A stretch of 64,000 bases of DNA from Takakia lepidozioides (Eukaryota; Plantae; Bryophyta): positions 65,100,001 through 65,164,000 of the forward strand of contig CM060731.1 in the NCBI GenBank assembly GCA_030704615.1. Direction: 5' to 3'. This document shows positions 59,499-64,000 of the stretch, piece after piece. How positions within the stretch are numbered: position 1 is the stretch's first letter; every line of letters starts with the position of its first letter. The position numbers and the translations under genes were made by a program. The notes beneath the pieces are model-generated. The model saw only the letters and a program-made list of their open reading frames with translations. It made no database searches and was not told the DNA's origin.

Positions 59499-62389
59499 TG
59501 GAGAAAAGAATGAAGGTACCTTCTTCAACATATTTCACCCTGTTTTCCCTGCTAGTGTTTGCTTTGACAATTCTAGGCTGTCATTGTCAGCTGCTAGCAG
59601 CAAGGCGAGGATGTATGCATGATTTATGCAGAGGCATGGATAGCTGAAGGAGCAGGGATTTCGTGTGGGTCCAGATTCATCCAAGAAGGCCAGATTTCAA
59701 GCACAAGATTACCTATGATTCCCTGTGGATCAATAGCTACAAGAAACCTGCATGGGTAGATGGTCAACTGGGAGTAGCGGCACAAGTGATAAAATCAGGC
59801 ACTGCTAATGAAGGCATCTTCTTCAACACATTTCACCCTGTTTTTCCCTCTTATCAGAATCGGCCCTAAATTTACATGTTCAATTCTGCAAGTTAGCTGG
59901 TTGAGTGAATCTAGTTTGGAGTGACTTTGACATGATACTGCCAATGTGACAACAGGAAAGTGTCAAAAAATAGGTAACAGAGATGAGGAGAAGCTGTGGA
60001 ATGAATACTTATCTGAGCCTAGTCACTGATGGGTCAACCGGGGCAGAAAGGTGAATGCCTGCTACATTTCAGAGAGTAGCAGACGCAATTCAGCATAGGA
60101 ACTAGTGTGCTACGCTGAGTTGGGTGTTTCCTAGAACAAATGTAGGCTGTCATTGTCAGCTGCTAGCAGCAAGGCAAGGATGAATGCTTGATTTGTGCAG
60201 AGGCATGGATAGCTGAAGGAATAGAGATAGAGTGTGGGTGACGCAGGGTGCTGGGCAATGGGCAAGATGTCTTTGTATAAACGTGAGTGACCTTCCTATC
60301 ATCCTGGGTTCCATTTTTAGTGCATGTTTCTTTGTGAAGTATCTGACGACTTCGCCAATACACACCAACCTTTTTGCTTTGGTTTGTTTAGGACATGGGA
60401 TAGAAGTTACCATAAACAACACTGGCATTGGTTTTTCATATATGGTATTAGATAATTCTCTTAATTGTTTCCGCCTTGGCAGGTTGCTCAGTGACCTTCC
60501 CTGGACGCTTTGGAGTATAGCGAGTGAGTGTCTCACAATGCAATATACAAACAAATGTCCTTGCTGTAGTAATTCTTAAAGCCATGCAAGCCGTTTTTGA
60601 TGGGTTGCAGATTGATGGAATACATGAGTAGTTAGAAGATTCTGGGTGAACACTTTTCAAAGTGTTATAGTTAGACAAAATAATTCACATGAGAACATGC
60701 GACTATTTAATGTATTTTTAGATCGCAACAAAAATGATAATGATAAATAGATTGGTAAATAGAGATGGTATGCAATCTCTTGGTTTTGCTCAGCTTGTTG
60801 CAGTTATGTCTTGCTGCCTTGTTCTCTTTGTATTATATATTATATTTCATTGTTGTAATAGACATGTACATGACTGCTATCATAGTCATAATAATGACTA
60901 CATCTATTTTCACTCTCCAATAGTACTACACCACGTGGCAGAAATACAAATATGTAAAAAAATAGCAATACACCCCAAAAAAACACCCATCATGACACAT
61001 GTCAATCTGCTGATGGACCACGTGTAAAAACTGCAACGCGCCACGTGTTGCAACCGGATTAGCACACCCGTAGTCATAGTTCGCAATCATGGAGAGCTAA
61101 ACACTCTGCCACATGTCATTTCCTGCATCGAGCACGTGCCACTCTTGCACAGCCGCTGACATGGACTACACTGTCCGTTCAGTCATTCAGTAAAGCCAGC
61201 GTGTATGACTACCCCCACAGCTGCTCTGGCGCCACGTGACAACCAGCCTGGAGAGTCGTATCTGCCATGTCACAACTGACTAGGTCTTTACGTCTGCAGA
61301 GTCAGGAAGTCGTAAATGGCTTCCATGACTGCATTTGCAGTCATAACATAGAGACGTAAAAGCCGCAATTTGTTGTAGTGCAAGCTCCTCATGCATATGA
61401 GTGTAAACATTCGCTTTTCTTTCCTCCCAGCTTTCAAACTCCACTCTTTTAATGGATAGCAAAGCTATCACATAAACCAGTGTAGGTAACCAACATGCTC
61501 TTCCTCTACAGGCTACCTGATAAATCTTTATCAATCCTTTCTCCAGACCCCATTCCGGGTCAGCATCATGCACTCTCTTTAGAATATTTTCTTTACAACC
61601 GTCTGGCAATTCCAAGAACCTCTGAAAGAATTGTTTAGACAATCTTTCCTTCTTTGTTCCACAGGGAATTTGATTCACATCAAATTCTTTAATTCTCCAA
61701 CCACCATGATCCCACCAGATGCCTGTCACATCTGGTTGTTTATGATCATGCTCCCCAGTATGGTCGCCAAATGTCGCGCGGTTTTTACTCACCCATCCCT
61801 TCGCTATCCGAGGGGGAAACTCCAAGATAGAAGAGTTGGATATCTCTAAGCATTCAGCCCGCGTGGAACAATCAGACATGACCTGCAGCTAGTGAATCAT
61901 GGTTGGGTTTCCAATTTATATTTCTTATTGGTTTCGTATTCTCAGTTCATGGTTACTTCTTTGATTCTCTGATTCCATCCATACACAGCTTCTCTCTGGT
62001 CTCTCTACACAGTGTGCTTGTATCGGATAAGAATCAGATTAATAAGAATCAGATACATGCTGATGCCACAGTTTCTCTAATCTACCTCTCTATGTAATTC
62101 TCCAGCTTCTACTAACGAAGTCGCAATTGTCTTCTTCTCCCTTCTGCTGTGGTAACATCCTCCATGTACTCGCAAGCTCCCCTCTCTCTCTCTCTTAGGA
62201 AAATAATCCCCCCCCCCCCCCTCCCCCAAGTGATCCAAGAAGTGATCCCCCAAGAAGTCCCCGCTTCCCATTTTTATCTCCTTCCCGCTGTTCTAACCGC
62301 TTCCCTCACTAACCGTCATCCGTGAACTACATGTTCCCTTCGCAGATGTTGTTCCCCACAGTCGTTCCCTGTCATGATAAGCCTTCCCT

Positions 62390-62582
62390 ATGTCTGTGAC
62401 AGCTGTGTCAAGCTGTAACTGGCTGTGTGCATTGTGACGGGCTATGTATGGCTGTGACTGGCTGTGCAACTAAGTCGGGCTGTGACGGGCTGTGTATGGC
62501 TGTGTGGCTGTGTCGGGCTGTGTTGGTTGTGTATGGCTGTGACTGTGTCGGGCTGTGTCGACTGTGACTGGCTGTGACTGCA
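62390..62582. repeat. GGCTGTG-based short tandem repeats in the 5' leader of element E
   Basis: Same motif family as 49585-49790. Confidence 0.8.
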
Positions 62583-62919
62583 AAATTTAAGGGTACCCCA
62601 CAGATCCCTGTAAATGTGTTTAAGTCCCACAGATCCCCTGGTATTCCACAGATCCCATGTAAATGTGACCAAGTCCCAGACAGCCCTCTAACACTTGCAC
62701 AGGCTTAGAGAAGAGACCTGCCCTTCAATTACGTCCTCATTACCCCCAGCCATACAAGGAGGGCATCCCCATATTTGTCTCTCATGTAAACCACAACAGG
62801 TTCTAGAAACAGAATTGTGGATCTTTCATAACACACTCACACTCAAAAAATTCCATAGATTTTTAGCAGAGTCCAAAAAACTAAAACCAAGTCTAGATAG
62901 GTAGATTTCCCCTTTGTAC

Positions 62920-62948
62920 AAACCCTAAACCCTAAACCCTAAACCCTA
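62920..62948. repeat. (AAACCCT)4 plant telomere-type repeat
   Basis: Four perfect units. Confidence 0.9.
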
Positions 62949-62997
62949 CGTGGTATATTTTTCACCTAACTCATGTTTTACTGATTTTTCGGCAAAA

Positions 62998-63071
62998 CTG
63001 ACGTAACGTTGGTTGCGTCAGCGTCAGGTCCGACGTGACGTGACATGATGTCACTGACGTGTGCAACCCTG
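62998..63071. repeat. TGACG-rich terminus ending CAACCCTG (hAT-like TIR end)
   Basis: Related to 6343-6423. Confidence 0.5.
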
Positions 63072-64000
63072 GTTTTGATTGCTTGAGCTTGTGGGTCAAG
63101 TTAGCAAGTCAAGATTCTTGGGCTTTGATGAGTACTTCAAAGCACTTGATCCGATTTGCGGTTGTGCATTCGGCCAGGCTTGCATCAAGGACGGATTGGG
63201 CCTCGGGATCTCCTATTTGAAGTTTTGGATGACTCAGTCTAAAGGTGTTGGGTATGGAATTGCACTCGCAATTTTTGAAAGTATTTGGAAGTCTTTTCAT
63301 GCTCATGCCTAAGACTTTTGAATTCCTTGACCGATGTATGCACGATTTCGAGGGCCTTTTTATTTCCAAAGCACCGGCGTATAGAGCCTTCCATTTGACG
63401 ACTGCGGGTATATGGTAAACGTGTCGGGTAAGCTAATTTAGCCCCGACTACACAGTTCCCCATATCATACGCCCGATGGTCGGAGATAAGGGACTTGGTT
63501 GATCCTCCCTCGAGTTCATCTTGAGCAATCAGAGGACTATGGGCATACGCAAGCCTCTACCGACTTAACCCTTCTCGTCGATGACCTTATCCGGTAATCC
63601 CTCCCATTCTTCCTTAGATGTATGAACCTCATTTTGAAGGTGGGGTATATAAGTTTTCCAACTAGGGGTTGAGACTTCACCTTATGTTTGTGAGTGCCTT
63701 GAGCGCATGCTTGTCCAAAGTGAGCATAATAATCTTCCAGCATCCCTTTAGGAACGATAGGCACACTTTGTATGCATTCGTCTTGGTTTCCATTGCATTT
63801 GTATTTGGGTCCGAACCGGCCCCCTTTAAAATGTACTCTGTCTTTTTCCAGTATTATTTATACTTTTTGTTACCTTTGCAAGCCTTTGTTCATAACCCTA
63901 AACATGGTATTGTACACCTTCACTCGACACAGTACGGATGAGATATCCATAGATGAAGATGCATCCAATGTACCTTCATCCATCGACATCGAAGCCAAAT

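Larger units (their letters stand above)
56136..61380. mobile_element. Non-autonomous (Pack-)CACTA transposon
   Basis: 24-bp TIRs CACTACAACAGATTGCGGCTTTTA / TAAAAGCCGCAATTTGTTGTAGTG (1 mismatch); 3-bp TSD CAA; ATGACT/AGTCAT subterminal repeats; no transposase. Confidence 0.95.
55936..61879 (-). pseudogene. 231-aa upstream ORF of element E, split by the CACTA (61879-61381 + 56132-55936)
   Basis: Removing the element and one TSD copy gives in-frame ..HMHEEL-VLVKNWIPKD..; the stop lies 20 nt before the gag ATG. Confidence 0.75.
47138..62690 (-). mobile_element. Degenerate non-chromo Ty3/gypsy element E with extra 5' and 3' ORFs; LTRs not seen; split by a CACTA insertion
   Basis: gag-pol at 49620-55915; upstream ORF rejoins across the CACTA; CTGTG repeats on both sides; outer boundaries approximate. 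Confidence 0.75.

Noticed and set aside
63072-64000. Possible degenerate coding region on the minus strand
   Set aside because: Short broken ORFs with no motif I can recognise

Overview
Eukaryotic, almost entirely transposon-derived DNA. It is probably from a non-seed land plant (inferred from PLS-type PPR fragments, TTTAGGG repeats and CG/CHG-type C>T decay). No intact host gene is visible, and there is a 500-N gap at 33433-33932. Contents: (i) five partial copies of one chromodomain Ty3/gypsy family, partly nested in themselves; (ii) a young non-chromo gypsy element with an intact 2038-aa gag-pol; (iii) a degenerate gypsy with extra 5' and 3' ORFs, split by a Pack-CACTA element that carries PPR fragments; (iv) fragments of a LINE, a copia and a hAT; (v) two partial copies of a large Mutator-like (MULE-SWIM) transposon. 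Two observations stand out. First, the MULE carries a spliced gene that fuses a ParB/Srx-like domain to a beta-class DNA amino-methyltransferase fold, together with helically phased arrays of the 16-bp palindrome ATTTCGGCGCCGAAAT, which also sits in that gene's introns. Second, the young gypsy has permuted LTR ends: the terminal att sequence is missing next to the PBS and instead appears as a palindrome after the PPT, as expected if it integrates from a 2-LTR circle. All protein-family calls come from motif recognition by eye; no searches were run.
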